Shown piece after piece: positions 34,387 through 44,783 of a stretch of 49,357 nt of DNA. The notes under the pieces are model-generated. The model did no database searches. It saw nothing but the letters and a program-made list of their open reading frames with translations, and was not told the origin of the DNA. The stretch covers positions 1 through 49,357 of the forward strand of contig DATEYP010000046.1 of NCBI GenBank assembly GCA_035256085.1. Reading direction: 5' to 3'. This stretch comes from Acidiferrobacterales bacterium. GTDB lineage: Bacteria; Pseudomonadota; Gammaproteobacteria; Acidiferrobacterales; UBA6901. Made by a program: the position numbers and the translations under genes. How positions within the stretch are numbered: the stretch's first letter is position 1; each line of letters starts with the position of its first letter.

Positions 34387-36180
34387 TTACTTCGCTTCGC
34401 CGCCCGCCGGCTCCACCGGCTTGCGCAGCTTGATGTTCAGCTCGCGCAACTGCGCCTCGTCCACCACGCTTGGCGCGTCGGTCAGCAGGCACGAGGCCTT
34501 CTGGGTCTTGGGGAAGGCGATCACGTCGCGGATCGAATCGGTGCCGGCCATGAGCGCGCTGATGCGGTCGACGCCGAAGGCGATGCCGCCGTGCGGCGGT
34601 GCGCCGAACTTGAGCGCGTCCAGCAGGAAGCCGAACTTCTCGCGCTGCGCGGCCGCGTCGATACCGAGCAGGCTGAACACCTTCTGCTGGATGTCCTCGC
34701 GGTGGATGCGGATCGAGCCGCCGCCGATCTCACTGCCGTTCAACACCATGTCGTAGGCACGCGACAGGGCATTGGCCGGATCGAGGTCGATGGTCTCGGC
34801 GTCCTGAATCCTGGGCGCGGTGAACGGATGGTGCAGCGCCACAAAGCGCTTGGCCGCGGCGTCGTAGTCGAACATCGGGAAGTCCACCACCCACAGCGGC
34901 TGCCACTCGCCCTGCAGCAGTTTGAGGTCATGGCCGAGCCTGAGGCGCAGGGCGCCGAGGGCGTCGTTCACCACCTTGGCGCTGTCGGCGCCGAAGAAAA
35001 TCAGGTCACCGCTCTGCGCGCCGGTGCGGCGCAGGATCTCGGCGATCACCTCGTCCGGCAGGAACTTGAGAATCGGCGACTGCAGGCCGTCGCGGCCCTT
35101 GGCGGCGTCGTTCACCTTGATGTAGGCGAGGCCCTTGGCGCCGTACAGCGCGACATAGGCGGTGTAGTCGTCGATCTCCTTGCGCGACAGCGCGCCACCG
35201 TTCGGCAGGCGCAGCGCGGCAACACGGCCGCTCGGCGAGTTGGCCGGGCCGGAGAATACCTTGAACTCGACCGCCTTCAGCAGGTCGCCGACCTCGACCA
35301 GCTCCAGCGGGATGCGCAGGTCGGGCTTGTCGCTGCCATAACGGCGCATGGCCTCGGCGTACGCCAGGCGCGGGAACGGCTTGGGCAGATCGACATTCAG
35401 CACCGTCTTGAAGGCGCTGCGCAGCATGTCCTCCATGATCGCCATCACGCCCTCTTCGTCGAGGAACGAGGTCTCGATGTCGAGCTGGGTGAATTCCGGC
35501 TGGCGGTCGGCGCGCAGGTCTTCGTCGCGGAAGCAGCGCGTCACCTGGTAATAGCGCTCGAAGCCGGCCACCATCAACAGCTGCTTGAACAGCTGCGGCG
35601 ACTGCGGCAGGGCGAAAAAATGGCCGGGATGAGTGCGTGACGGCACCAGGTAATCACGCGCGCCTTCGGGCGTGGACTTGGTGAGCACCGGGGTTTCGAT
35701 TTCGACGAACTCCTGATCCTCCAGATAGTTGCGCAGCGTGCGCACCAGCTTGTGGCGCAAAAGAATGTTGCGGCGCATGTGCTCGCGGCGCAGGTCGAGG
35801 TAGCGATACTTGAGGCGCACGGTCTCGCCGAGGTCGGCCTCGTCCAGCTGGAACGGCAGCGGCTCGGACTTGTTCAGCACCTCGACCTTGTCGGCCGCAA
35901 TCTCGATCAGGCCGCTCGGCAGATGCGGGTTCTCGGTGCCGGCCGGGCGCTTGCGCACGGTGCCGGTGACGCGCAGCACATACTCGCTGCGCACGCCTTC
36001 GGCGGCGGCGAACGCGACGGCGTTGTCCGGCGCGAACACTACCTGCGCCAGGCCATGCCGGTCGCGCAAATCAATAAAGATGACGCCACCGTGGTCGCGG
36101 CGGCGGTTCACCCAGCCGCACAGCGTAACTTTTTGTGCAACATGGTCGAGGTTGAGTTGTCCGCAATAGTGACTGCGCAT
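34387..36180 (-). CDS. aspS: Aspartate--tRNA ligase
   Basis: MRSHYCGQL...[19 protein letters not shown] and class II motifs ([26 protein letters not shown]). 597 aa. Confidence 0.96.
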   Translation of the reverse strand: MRSHYCGQLNLDHVAQKVTLCGWVNRRRDHGGVIFIDLRDRHGLAQVVFAPDNAVAFAAAEGVRSEYVLRVTGTVRKRPAGTENPHLPSGLIEIAADKVEVLNKSEPLPFQLDEADLGETVRLKYRYLDLRREHMRRNILLRHKLVRTLRNYLEDQEFVEIETPVLTKSTPEGARDYLVPSRTHPGHFFALPQSPQLFKQLLMVAGFERYYQVTRCFRDEDLRADRQPEFTQLDIETSFLDEEGVMAIMEDMLRSAFKTVLNVDLPKPFPRLAYAEAMRRYGSDKPDLRIPLELVEVGDLLKAVEFKVFSGPANSPSGRVAALRLPNGGALSRKEIDDYTAYVALYGAKGLAYIKVNDAAKGRDGLQSPILKFLPDEVIAEILRRTGAQSGDLIFFGADSAKVVNDALGALRLRLGHDLKLLQGEWQPLWVVDFPMFDYDAAAKRFVALHHPFTAPRIQDAETIDLDPANALSRAYDMVLNGSEIGGGSIRIHREDIQQKVFSLLGIDAAAQREKFGFLLDALKFGAPPHGGIAFGVDRISALMAGTDSIRDVIAFPKTQKASCLLTDAPSVVDEAQLRELNIKLRKPVEPAGGEAK

Positions 36181-36228
36181 AACCGGAATTCCTGTTGTGG
36201 TTTGGCTTGTTGCGTTCGACGCCGGGGA

Positions 36229-36849
36229 TCAATCGCCTGGCGGCTCCGGCCTGCTCTCCGGCGCCACAGCGCCGGCCGAGAGAATGAGCTTGATGCCGAC
36301 GTCCACCGGCATGTCGAGTTCGATCATGTCCTCGCGCGGCACCATGAGAAAAAAGCCGGAGGTCGGATTGGGCGTGGTCGGCACAAAAATGTGCGCCAGG
36401 TTGTGTCCGGTCTTGCGGTTCGCCTCCGGCATGCCGTCGCCGGTGAGGAACGCAATCGTCCACAGCCCGGGATGCGGGTAGCGCACCAGCACCACCTTGC
36501 GGAAAGACTTGCCGGCGCCGCTGAACAGGGTTTCGGTGAGCTGCTTGGAAGCGGAATAGATGGCGCGCACCACCGGGATGCGTGCCAGCAGGCCCTCCCA
36601 CACCTTAACCATGTTGCGCCCGAGCAGGTTGGTGACCACCATGCCGGTCACGAGCAGCACCACACCGGACAACAGGAAGCCGAGGCCCGGTATGCGAAAA
36701 CCGATCAGGGTTTCGGGCTGCGCCATTGCCGGCAACAGCAGCAGGGTGCGGTCCACCAGGTCGATCAGGAACTTGAGGATCAGCACCGTGGCCACGATCG
36801 GCAGCCAGACCAGCAAGCCGGCAATCAAATAGCGCCGCAGGTTACCCAT
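36229..36849 (-). CDS. DUF502-family membrane protein
   Basis: RRYLIAGLLVWLPIVATVLILKFL... and P.P.SGF-type block PTTPNPTSGFFLMVP. Confidence 0.8.
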   Translation of the reverse strand: MGNLRRYLIAGLLVWLPIVATVLILKFLIDLVDRTLLLLPAMAQPETLIGFRIPGLGFLLSGVVLLVTGMVVTNLLGRNMVKVWEGLLARIPVVRAIYSASKQLTETLFSGAGKSFRKVVLVRYPHPGLWTIAFLTGDGMPEANRKTGHNLAHIFVPTTPNPTSGFFLMVPREDMIELDMPVDVGIKLILSAGAVAPESRPEPPGD

Positions 36850-36890
36850 GGCAGGTGAATCTCAGAATGGATAGGTGGGTGACTACCGGT

Positions 36891-37196
36891 TCACGCCGCG
36901 CAACCACCGCAGGCGCCACCGCCACAGCCGCCGCTCTTCGGGCCGGAATCCGAGCTGTCCTTGGAGCTGGAGCTTTCCTTGTCGGTGACCTTCTTTTCGG
37001 GGGTTTTCTTGTCACCGCCCTTGAAATCCGTGGCATACCAGCCGGAACCCTTGAGCTGGAAGCCGGCCGCCGACAACTGTTTGCGCACATCCGGCTTGCC
37101 GCAGGCGGGGCAAACGGATGGATCCGGATCGTTCATCTTCTGCATCAGTTCGAATTCGTGGCCACAGGCCTGGCACTGGTACCCGTAAATCGGCAT
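36891..37196 (-). CDS. FmdB-family zinc-ribbon protein
   Basis: MPIYGYQCQACGHEFELMQKMNDPDPSVCPACG, followed by a Ser/Lys-rich linker and a Gly/Cys-rich tail. Confidence 0.85.
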   Translation of the reverse strand: MPIYGYQCQACGHEFELMQKMNDPDPSVCPACGKPDVRKQLSAAGFQLKGSGWYATDFKGGDKKTPEKKVTDKESSSSKDSSDSGPKSGGCGGGACGGCAA

Positions 37197-37728
37197 GAAC
37201 ATTCCTCCAACATCAACTTGGCTGTCTGGCAAAAATGGGGCCAGCGGCGGTAAAACAAAGCGGAATTATAGCCTGAATGACGCCATTCGCCGAAACTCCA
37301 GCCCAACCGGCCTTGCCGGGCCGAACAGACGGATGCGCACTTCACCCAGTGCATGGAGAAATCGCGTGTCGTCAGCGCGCGATGATAAGACATCAATGCA
37401 CTGTTGGCGTGCAAGTGTGTGTATCGACATCTTTTTCTGTTCGCCATTTCGGCGAAACGATGCGCCAAACATTCAGCGGTATCATTTTTTTAACCGCGAA
37501 TGTTGACGTAATGGGCGAGGAACCACCTCAGGAATCGGTGCGCTCCACAACGATCTGCTTATTGTCTTGCCCGGCCGGATGTGCTTTCGACCGTGTTACG
37601 CAATGAAATATTTTCTTGCGCGGACTTCTATTTTTCCCGGGAAATATGCTAAGTTTAGCGCCGTCCGGTTTCTCACTATCTGCAAATTACTTTTTTCAAT
37701 ACCAGATCCACATCATCGGGAGCGACAC

Positions 37729-38049
37729 ATGGCGACAAAAAGCAAGGCCTCAAAGAAACCCAGCACCAAGTCCGAAATCCTCGGCCACATTTCCGACAAG
37801 ACCGGTCTCAAGCGCAAGGAAGTGAACGCAGTGTTCGACGAACTCACCACCCTCATCAAGCGCGACCTGAAAGGCACGGGTCTGTTCAACGTCGTCGGTC
37901 TGATGAAAATCAAACTGGTGCACAAGCCGTCACAGCCGGCGCGCAAGGGCATCAACCCGTTCACCAAGGAAGAGGTGATGTTCAAGGCCAAGCCGGCGCG
38001 CAACGTTGTCAAGGTGCTGCCCCTCAAGGGCCTCAAGGACATGGTGTAA
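37729..38049 (+). CDS. HU/IHF-family DNA-binding protein with a Lys/Ser-rich N-terminal extension
   Basis: KSEILGHISDKTGLKRKEVNAVFDELTTLI...RKGINPFTKEEVMFKAKPARNVVK. Confidence 0.85.
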   Translation: MATKSKASKKPSTKSEILGHISDKTGLKRKEVNAVFDELTTLIKRDLKGTGLFNVVGLMKIKLVHKPSQPARKGINPFTKEEVMFKAKPARNVVKVLPLKGLKDMV

Positions 38050-38068
38050 GCAACCCATTTACCCACGA

Positions 38069-38092
38069 CAAGGCCACCTGCGGGTGGCCTTG
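38069..38092. terminator. Bidirectional hairpin between convergent genes
   Basis: caaggccacc-tgcg-ggtggccttg followed by TTG on the plus strand. It lies between the HU-like stop (38049) and the TPR-methyltransferase stop (38126). Confidence 0.55.
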
Positions 38093-38125
38093 TTGATTGC
38101 GTAAGTGCGGGGATCGCGGGAGCCG

Positions 38126-39751
38126 TTATTCCGCCGACCGCCGCCACACCTGCAGCTGCCCGGCTACCGGCCGCCCCTGCTCCACCCGCAGCACCACGTC
38201 CTGCTCCGTTACACGTTCAAAGCCATGCCGCTGCGCCAGCGCCTCGATATAGGCAGGTGCGTGGGCGTAGCGCCCAGTTGGCTGCAACCGGTATTCGCCT
38301 GCGGCCAGCGACTCGACCGAGAACGCCAGCCAGCCGCCCGACCGCAGCGCCTGCCGCACACTCGCCACCACTGCGTTCAAATCGCCGATGTACACGAACA
38401 CATCGGCGGCCACCACCAGGTCGAAGCGCGCGTTCTGGCCGGCCAGAACCTGGACAATGTCGCCTTGAATAAGACGGTCGTACAAGCCACGTTCCCGGGC
38501 GCGCGCCAGCATGCGTGGCGACAGATCGATCCCGGTCAGTTGCCGTGCCAGGCCGCGCAGCGCGACACCGCTCAGGCCGGTGCCGCAACCGAGGTCAAGC
38601 ACATCCAACCCATCGCCTTGCGGCAGCCGTTCCGCCAGCAGTGCGTACAGCGCCTGCGGCACCCGATAGCGCAAGGTCGAGGTCAGGTGCTGATCGTAAT
38701 CCCCCGCATAGCCGTCGAACAGTGCCGCGACATATTCCGCCGGTGCGCTGGCTGGCGGCCGTTCGCCACTCAGGGCCGCGAGCTTGTAGGCGGCCTCGGC
38801 AAAGTCGGGCCGCAGGCGTACGGCCTCGCGGAAGCTGGCGAGCGCCTCGTCGTGCCGTCCCAGTGCCTGCAACACCACGCCACGATTCTTATGCGCCTCG
38901 GCAAACTCCGGACGAACCTGGAGCGCGGCGCGGTAACAGGCCTCCGCCTCTGCGGCCCGGTCGTCATCGGCGAGCAGCGTACCGAGGTTATTGTGTGCCT
39001 CGGCGTGGTGAATGAAGCCACACTCACTATCGAGCGCCAGCGCGCGCCGGTAACAGTCGGCGGCGGCCGGGCGCTCGCCGCGCTCCTGATGCCAGGTACC
39101 GAGATTGTTCCAGGCCGGCGCGCATCCGGGGTCGGTCTGCAACGCGGTCTGGTAGTGCCGATAGGCGGTCGCGAAATCACCCGCCTCCTGGCAGAGTCCT
39201 CCCAGACCAAGGTGCGCCGTCACACTCCCGGCATCGAGCGCCACGACTGCCTGATAGGCGGCACGCGCGCCGGCCACATCCCCGAGCACACGCAGCACCT
39301 GTCCCAGATTAATCTGCGCCTCAAGCTGTTGCGGTGCATGCCGCAGCAACGCCCGGTAGCTGTCGGCGGCCGCGGCCAGCTCGCCATGCGCCGCCAGCGC
39401 ATTGCCGAGATTGAGCAGCGTGTCCGCATCCTGCGGACGCAGCGCGAGCGCCGCACGGTAACTGTCGATAGCGTCTTCGAGCTGCCCGGCGTCGCGCAGC
39501 ACATTCGCCAGGTTGTAATGGAACACGGCCTCGCCCGGGCGCAGCGCCAGCGCATGCCGGATGCACGCGGCCGCGGCCGCGAAATCTCCGGCGGTATGCG
39601 CAACCAGTCCAAGCAGATGCAAGGCATCCGGGTGCGCCGGATCGCGCGCCAGCACTTCGCGATACAGTGTTTCGGCCGCAGCCAGCTCTCCGGCCTCGTG
39701 CTGGCGCACAGCGGTCGCGAGCAAATCGGCAATCGTGGATAGTTGAGTCAT
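38126..39751 (-). CDS. TPR-repeat protein fused to a class I SAM-dependent methyltransferase
   Basis: About 9 TPR units (A..Y...L...P....A...LG) followed by VLDLGCGTGLSG (SAM motif I). Confidence 0.85.
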   Translation of the reverse strand: MTQLSTIADLLATAVRQHEAGELAAAETLYREVLARDPAHPDALHLLGLVAHTAGDFAAAAACIRHALALRPGEAVFHYNLANVLRDAGQLEDAIDSYRAALALRPQDADTLLNLGNALAAHGELAAAADSYRALLRHAPQQLEAQINLGQVLRVLGDVAGARAAYQAVVALDAGSVTAHLGLGGLCQEAGDFATAYRHYQTALQTDPGCAPAWNNLGTWHQERGERPAAADCYRRALALDSECGFIHHAEAHNNLGTLLADDDRAAEAEACYRAALQVRPEFAEAHKNRGVVLQALGRHDEALASFREAVRLRPDFAEAAYKLAALSGERPPASAPAEYVAALFDGYAGDYDQHLTSTLRYRVPQALYALLAERLPQGDGLDVLDLGCGTGLSGVALRGLARQLTGIDLSPRMLARARERGLYDRLIQGDIVQVLAGQNARFDLVVAADVFVYIGDLNAVVASVRQALRSGGWLAFSVESLAAGEYRLQPTGRYAHAPAYIEALAQRHGFERVTEQDVVLRVEQGRPVAGQLQVWRRSAE

Positions 39752-39833
39752 TCAATCAAACAGCAATGGCTTTTCCGCGCAAGCGGAAAAGCAGTACGCT
39801 ACAAAACAACATCGGCAGATTTGGTATTCCGTC

Positions 39834-40391
39834 ATGAAATTTTGCAGCCAGTGTGGCGCGCTCGTGAGCCGGCGCACCCCGACCGGCGACACACACGAAC
39901 GCTTCGTGTGCGACGCCTGTCAGACCATTCATTACCAGAATCCGAAAATGGTGGTCGGCTGTATTCCCGAATGGGAAGACCGGATTCTTCTCTGCCGGCG
40001 CGCGATCGAACCGCGCCATGGCTTCTGGACACTGCCGGCGGGCTTCATGGAACTGCGCGAGACCACCGCCCAGGCAGCAGCGCGCGAGGCCCTGGAAGAA
40101 GCCAACGCCTCCATCGAGATCGGCGATCTGCATACGCTCTATGACCTGCCGCACATTGGCCAGGTCTATCTCATCTACCGCGGCCGGCTGCGCAGTCTCG
40201 ACTTCGCGCCCGGGGAAGAGAGCCTCGAGGTGCAGCTGTTCCACGAAGCTGAGATCCCGTGGGAGCAGATTGCCTTTCCGGCTGTGGCCTATGCGCTGCA
40301 ACATTTCTTTTCAGACCGTCGCCTGGGCCGTTACTCCCTGCACCTCGGCGAAGACAACACGCCTCGATCGTATGATTCAGACCACGGATAA
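39834..40391 (+). CDS. NUDIX hydrolase with an N-terminal zinc ribbon
   Basis: CSQCG...CDAC and Nudix box GFMELRETTAQAAAREALEEANA. Confidence 0.85.
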   Translation: MKFCSQCGALVSRRTPTGDTHERFVCDACQTIHYQNPKMVVGCIPEWEDRILLCRRAIEPRHGFWTLPAGFMELRETTAQAAAREALEEANASIEIGDLHTLYDLPHIGQVYLIYRGRLRSLDFAPGEESLEVQLFHEAEIPWEQIAFPAVAYALQHFFSDRRLGRYSLHLGEDNTPRSYDSDHG

Positions 40392-40453
40392 TCACAGATT
40401 AATAAACAGCGAAATATGTGAATTTCCGATTTTTATCTGCGTTCATCTGCGGC
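40383..40453. repeat. Truncated REP family B element overlapping the NUDIX gene 3' end
   Basis: The degenerate left arm cacggataatcacagattaataaacagc parallels 26132-26150. The right arm tttatctgcgttcatctgcggc is intact. Confidence 0.6.
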
Positions 40454-40464
40454 TTAAATTATTA

Positions 40465-41559
40465 CTATGAATTGACCTTGCGCAGGGCCTGGATGCCATC
40501 CTTGAGCAGCGCAACATTGAAACCGCGCTCCGAGAGCAGAAAGGCCGCCGCACCACTGCGGCGGCCGGTGTCACAGTAGACGATGTATTCGCGTCCGGCA
40601 TCGAGGCTGCCGGCCTTCTGGCGCAGCTGGGACAGCGGAATGTTGATACTGCCCTTGAGACTGGCGCGCTGGTATTCGCTCTCCAGGCGCACATCGATGA
40701 GTTCGGCGCCGGCCTGTACGCGCGTCAGCGCCTCCTTGTCGGTCACGCATTCGAGCAGCGGTTCCTTGAGCAGCGTGTCGAAATCGGTCTTGGCCAAGCG
40801 CATGAGCGCGCCGTCGCTCAACGCCGCAATCGTGGCGTTGCGCGGCGTATCCGACAGCAGCGCCTCCTCGCCGAAACCATCGCCCTCGGCCAGATCGGCG
40901 AGCGCCACCATCTTCTCCCGGTCGCCGGGCTTCTGTACCACACGGCAGCGTCCCTGCTTGATGACATAATAGTAATCGCCCTTGTCGCCCTGGCGGATAA
41001 CGATCTGCCCGGCCTTGATCGGCACTTCCTCGAAGCACCTGAACAACTGCTGGATATTGGCCGCCGGCAGCCTGAGCAGTGCCTTGCTCTCCAGCAACCG
41101 GCGCATCCAGGCGGCGTCGCTCTCGTCACCCTCGAACTCGGTGACCTCGATACCGGCGACCTGGTCCCAGGTCAGCAGGGTATCCAGAAACTGGCTATCA
41201 ACATGCAGTATCCGGGCGGTCGTCTTGGTTTCACCGGTGTACTGGCGCGGTTTGAGATTGGCGAGCGGGTACTTGGCCGCTTCACTGGCCCCGCTCACTG
41301 TGCGCGTGGCACCACTTTTCCTGGACGACAAGACCACGTCCCCGGCCAGCACATAGAGTGCATTACTGTCAGTGCTGCCTTCCTGAAACAGGACATAACC
41401 GGACGGCAGGTCGCCGATCGTGGCCTTGTCGGCAAGCGTGCGCAGGTGCTCGGCGCTCAGGGCGTTGATCGGGATCAGGGTCGCGAGCAATTCGAGGTCG
41501 GTGGGCGAGAAAGTCATGATTTCGTCTGCGGAAAAAGTCCGGGAGACAACGTCTTCCAA
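40465..41559 (-). CDS. Two cyclic-nucleotide-binding domains fused to a C-terminal rhodanese domain; start uncertain
   Basis: Two cNMP-like modules (FQEGSTDSNALYVLAGDV, IRQGDKGDYYYVIKQGRC...GDGFGEEALL). C-terminal rhodanese with active-site loop YCDTGRRS. TTG at 41559 or ATG at 41517. Confidence 0.75.
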   Translation of the reverse strand: MEDVVSRTFSADEIMTFSPTDLELLATLIPINALSAEHLRTLADKATIGDLPSGYVLFQEGSTDSNALYVLAGDVVLSSRKSGATRTVSGASEAAKYPLANLKPRQYTGETKTTARILHVDSQFLDTLLTWDQVAGIEVTEFEGDESDAAWMRRLLESKALLRLPAANIQQLFRCFEEVPIKAGQIVIRQGDKGDYYYVIKQGRCRVVQKPGDREKMVALADLAEGDGFGEEALLSDTPRNATIAALSDGALMRLAKTDFDTLLKEPLLECVTDKEALTRVQAGAELIDVRLESEYQRASLKGSINIPLSQLRQKAGSLDAGREYIVYCDTGRRSGAAAFLLSERGFNVALLKDGIQALRKVNS

Positions 41560-41626
41560 AACTATACCAACACCCTAGGCCGGACAAGCCGTGTAAGGAG
41601 CGCTTATTATCCTATAAAAAGCAGTC

Positions 41627-41771
41627 AGCCGCAGATGAACGCAGATAAACGCGGAGGATATTCAATGCGCTGCCTGTATTCGCCAGCCCGCCAAAAAAGG
41701 TAAACGGCCGCGGTGCCTCAATGGCATGATGCATTTGCGTTAATTTGCTTTAATCTGCGTTCATCTGCGGC
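41627..41771. mobile_element. MITE-like element, REP family B, copy 2 (inverted relative to copy 1)
   Basis: Ends are agccgcagatgaacgcagataaa and tttaatctgcgttcatctgcggc. The reverse-complemented interior aligns along its length with 17801-17932. Confidence 0.7.
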
Positions 41772-41789
41772 GAAACGCCGTTTTTCGGA

Positions 41790-43217
41790 TTATTGGTGCA
41801 GGGGGCGACCCAGGGCGGCCAGGGCGGCCTCGTGCAGGGCCTCGGAAAGCGTCGGGTGGGCGTGGCAGATGCGCGCCAGATCCTCGGCCGCCGCGGCGAA
41901 CTCCATGGCCACCACCGCCTCCCCGAGCAGTTCTGAGACCCGCGGGCCGATCATGTGCACCCCCAGAATCCGGTCGGTCAAATCATCCGCCAGCACCTTC
42001 ACGAAGCCGTGGGTCTCGCCCAGCGCCTGGGCGCGGCCATTGGCCATGAACCAGAATACCCCCTTGCGGAAGGCCGTCCCGGCGGCCCTGAGGGCCTGCT
42101 CGGTCTGGCCCACCCAGGCGATCTCGGGCGCGGTGTAGAGTACTGAAGGGATAGCGGCGTAGTTCACCTCCGGCTGTTGCCCGGCGATGCGTTCGGCCAC
42201 GGCCAGCCCCTCCTCCGAGGCCTTGTGCGCCAGCATCGGCCCGCGCACGCAATCGCCGATGGCATAAACATTCGGTAAAGTCGTGCGGCAGTGAGCATCC
42301 ACCTCGATAAAACCACGCGCATCGAGCTTGAGTCCGGCTGCTTCGGCATTGATACCCGCGGTGTTGGGCACGCGTCCGGCGGCCACCAGCAATTTGTCGC
42401 ATTCGAAGCGCTGTGCGCCCTGGGCGTCTTGGTACGCGACGCGGATGCCACTCTTCCCGAGCTGCATGGACACAGGCTTGGCACTGAGCTTGACCGTGAG
42501 GCCCTGCTCTTTCGTGAACAGCCTCCACGCCTCGGCCGCAACCTGGGTATCGGCGCTGGCCAGAAAGGTATGATGAGGCTCGAATAGCGTGACCTCGCTG
42601 CCGAGCCGGCGCCACACGCTGCCCAGCTCCAGCCCGATCACGCCCGCGCCGATGATGCCAAGACGCTTCGGCGGTGCCTCAAAACTGAGCGCACCGGCGT
42701 TGTCCACCACGCTCTCGCCATCGACCGGGAACAGCGGCAGGGATGCCGGTATCGATCCGGAGGCGACGATCACGCAGCGCGCCGTGATTTCCTCACGTTC
42801 ATTCCCGTTTACCACCTCCAGCACGCAGTTGTCACCCGTGCGCACGAAACGGCCGGTCCCCGGTTTCGAGTCCACCTTGTTCTTGCGAAACAGATAGGCA
42901 ATACCGGCGGTGGATTTGTCCACGATCTTGTCTTTGCGCACCAGCATCCGGCCAACATCCATGCTGGCGTCCTTCACGGCAATGCCATGCTCGCCGATGC
43001 CCTGCCGGAGATGCGCATACCGCTCGGAGGATTCGAGCAGCGCCTTGGAGGGGATGCAGCCGACGTTCAGGCAGGTGCCGCCGAGCACCGGCTTGCCGGC
43101 GGAATTCGTCCACGCATCGATGCACACGGTATTGAGGCCCAGCTGCGCGCAGCGGATCGCCGCCACGTAGCCGCCCGGACCGGCGCCGATCACCGCGACT
43201 TCATAAGAAGCAGGCAT
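41790..43217 (-). CDS. lpdA: Dihydrolipoyl dehydrogenase (E3)
   Basis: YEVAVIGAGPGGYVAAIR, redox-active GGTCLNVGCIPSK and C-terminal HAHPTLSEA. ATG at 43217, because the GTG at 43241 lies in REP sequence. Confidence 0.93.
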   Translation of the reverse strand: MPASYEVAVIGAGPGGYVAAIRCAQLGLNTVCIDAWTNSAGKPVLGGTCLNVGCIPSKALLESSERYAHLRQGIGEHGIAVKDASMDVGRMLVRKDKIVDKSTAGIAYLFRKNKVDSKPGTGRFVRTGDNCVLEVVNGNEREEITARCVIVASGSIPASLPLFPVDGESVVDNAGALSFEAPPKRLGIIGAGVIGLELGSVWRRLGSEVTLFEPHHTFLASADTQVAAEAWRLFTKEQGLTVKLSAKPVSMQLGKSGIRVAYQDAQGAQRFECDKLLVAAGRVPNTAGINAEAAGLKLDARGFIEVDAHCRTTLPNVYAIGDCVRGPMLAHKASEEGLAVAERIAGQQPEVNYAAIPSVLYTAPEIAWVGQTEQALRAAGTAFRKGVFWFMANGRAQALGETHGFVKVLADDLTDRILGVHMIGPRVSELLGEAVVAMEFAAAAEDLARICHAHPTLSEALHEAALAALGRPLHQ

Positions 43218-43236
43218 TTTTGAACCTATGATTTTG

Positions 43237-43412
43237 GCCACAGATGAACGCAGATGAACACGGATAAATCAGAAAATTATTTGTGTTCATTCGTGCTGGA
43301 TTATTTTCTTCTTATCCTGGCATGACCGCGACCGTAACACTCAAACTTCTGAACACAGAATGGCACGGACAAATCAATAATTTATCTGTGTTTATCTGCG
43401 TTCATCTGTGGC
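43237..43412. repeat. REP family B element (176 bp, about 33-bp inverted arms) in the sucB-lpdA spacer
   Basis: Ends are gccacagatgaacgcagatgaacacggataaat and atttatctgtgtttatctgcgttcatctgtggc. Confidence 0.7.
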
Positions 43413-43432
43413 TGAAATATTATAAACCTCTC

Positions 43433-44650
43433 TCACACGTCCAGAAGCAAGCGCGCCGGGTCTTCGAGTTCTTCCCTGATGGCCACCAGACCGAGCACGG
43501 CATCGCGACCGTCGATCAGGCGATGGTCGTAGGAAAGCGCCAGGTACATCATCGGCCGGATCACCACCTGGCCGTTCTCGGCCATCGGGCGCTCCTGGAT
43601 CTTGTGCATGCCGAGAATCGCGCCCTGCGGCGGGTTGATGATGGGCGTCGACAGCAGCGAGCCGAATACCCCGCCGTTGGTGATGGTGAAGGTGCCGCCG
43701 GTAAGCTCTTCGAGCGTGAGCTTGCCGTCGCGCGCACGCGTGGCCAGCTCGGCGATGCCCTTCTCGATATCGGCGATCGACAGCTGCTCGGCATCCCGCA
43801 CGATTGGCACCACCAGCCCGCGCGGGCTCGATACCGCGATGCCGATGTCGTAGTAGCCATGGTAGACGATGTCGCTGCCGTCGATCGAGGCGTTCAGTAC
43901 CGGGTACTTCTTCAGTGCAACGACCGCCGCCTTGACGAAAAATGACATGAAGCCGAGCTTGACGCCATGTTCCTTCTCGAAGCGATCCTTGTAACGGCTG
44001 CGGATCTCCATGATCGGCTGCATGTTGACCTCGTTAAAGGTCGTGAGCGTCGCGGTGCTGCGCTGTGACTCCAGCAGGCGCTCAGCGATGCGCAGGCGCA
44101 GGCGCGATATCGGCGCGCGCTGTTCCGGACGGCCGTCACTCGTATGCGAAACCGTCGCCGTCGCGGGCGGCCCTTCGACTCCGCTCAGGACAGGCGTGAT
44201 GGCCGGGGTCTTGGGTTTTGTTTCGGCGGCAGCCAGCACATCCGCCTTGGTCACGCGCCCGCCCCGGCCGCTGCCGGACCCGGGCTTCACGCCCTGTTCG
44301 GTGGCGATCTTGCGCGCCGCCGGACTCATGGCCGGCCCGGCGGCTGTTTTGGGAACGGGGGCCTGGGCCGCCGGCCCTTTGGCTTCGCTCAGGACAGGTT
44401 TGGCGGCGGGCTGCGCCGCGGCGGTGTCGAGCTCGGCAATCACGTCGTCGCTGATCACCGCCGCGCCTTCGGGCTTCACAATGCGCGTCAGGCGGCCGGC
44501 GGCCGGGGCGGGAATCTCGAATACGACCTTGTCGGTCTCGACCTCGATCAGGATTTCATCACGCTCGACAAAATCGCCTTCCTGTTTGTGCCAGGCCATC
44601 AGGGTGGCGGTCGATACGGACTCGGACAAAGGGGGGATACGGATTTCCAT
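43433..44650 (-). CDS. sucB: Dihydrolipoyllysine-residue succinyltransferase (E2 of 2-oxoglutarate dehydrogenase)
   Basis: Lipoyl domain ([14 protein letters not shown]), Ala/Pro linkers and catalytic [12 protein letters not shown]. Confidence 0.93.
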   Translation of the reverse strand: MEIRIPPLSESVSTATLMAWHKQEGDFVERDEILIEVETDKVVFEIPAPAAGRLTRIVKPEGAAVISDDVIAELDTAAAQPAAKPVLSEAKGPAAQAPVPKTAAGPAMSPAARKIATEQGVKPGSGSGRGGRVTKADVLAAAETKPKTPAITPVLSGVEGPPATATVSHTSDGRPEQRAPISRLRLRIAERLLESQRSTATLTTFNEVNMQPIMEIRSRYKDRFEKEHGVKLGFMSFFVKAAVVALKKYPVLNASIDGSDIVYHGYYDIGIAVSSPRGLVVPIVRDAEQLSIADIEKGIAELATRARDGKLTLEELTGGTFTITNGGVFGSLLSTPIINPPQGAILGMHKIQERPMAENGQVVIRPMMYLALSYDHRLIDGRDAVLGLVAIREELEDPARLLLDV

Positions 44651-44783
44651 TGAGCCTCATTCTGCGTTCTTGTTGAGCTCCTGACTATCTATATAAAGGT
44701 AAGCAAGCCCAATAATAACCTTAACCTCTAAATAGTATGTAGCCGCTTGCCTGGACCCCTGCGATTCGGGAACTTGCCACCGG

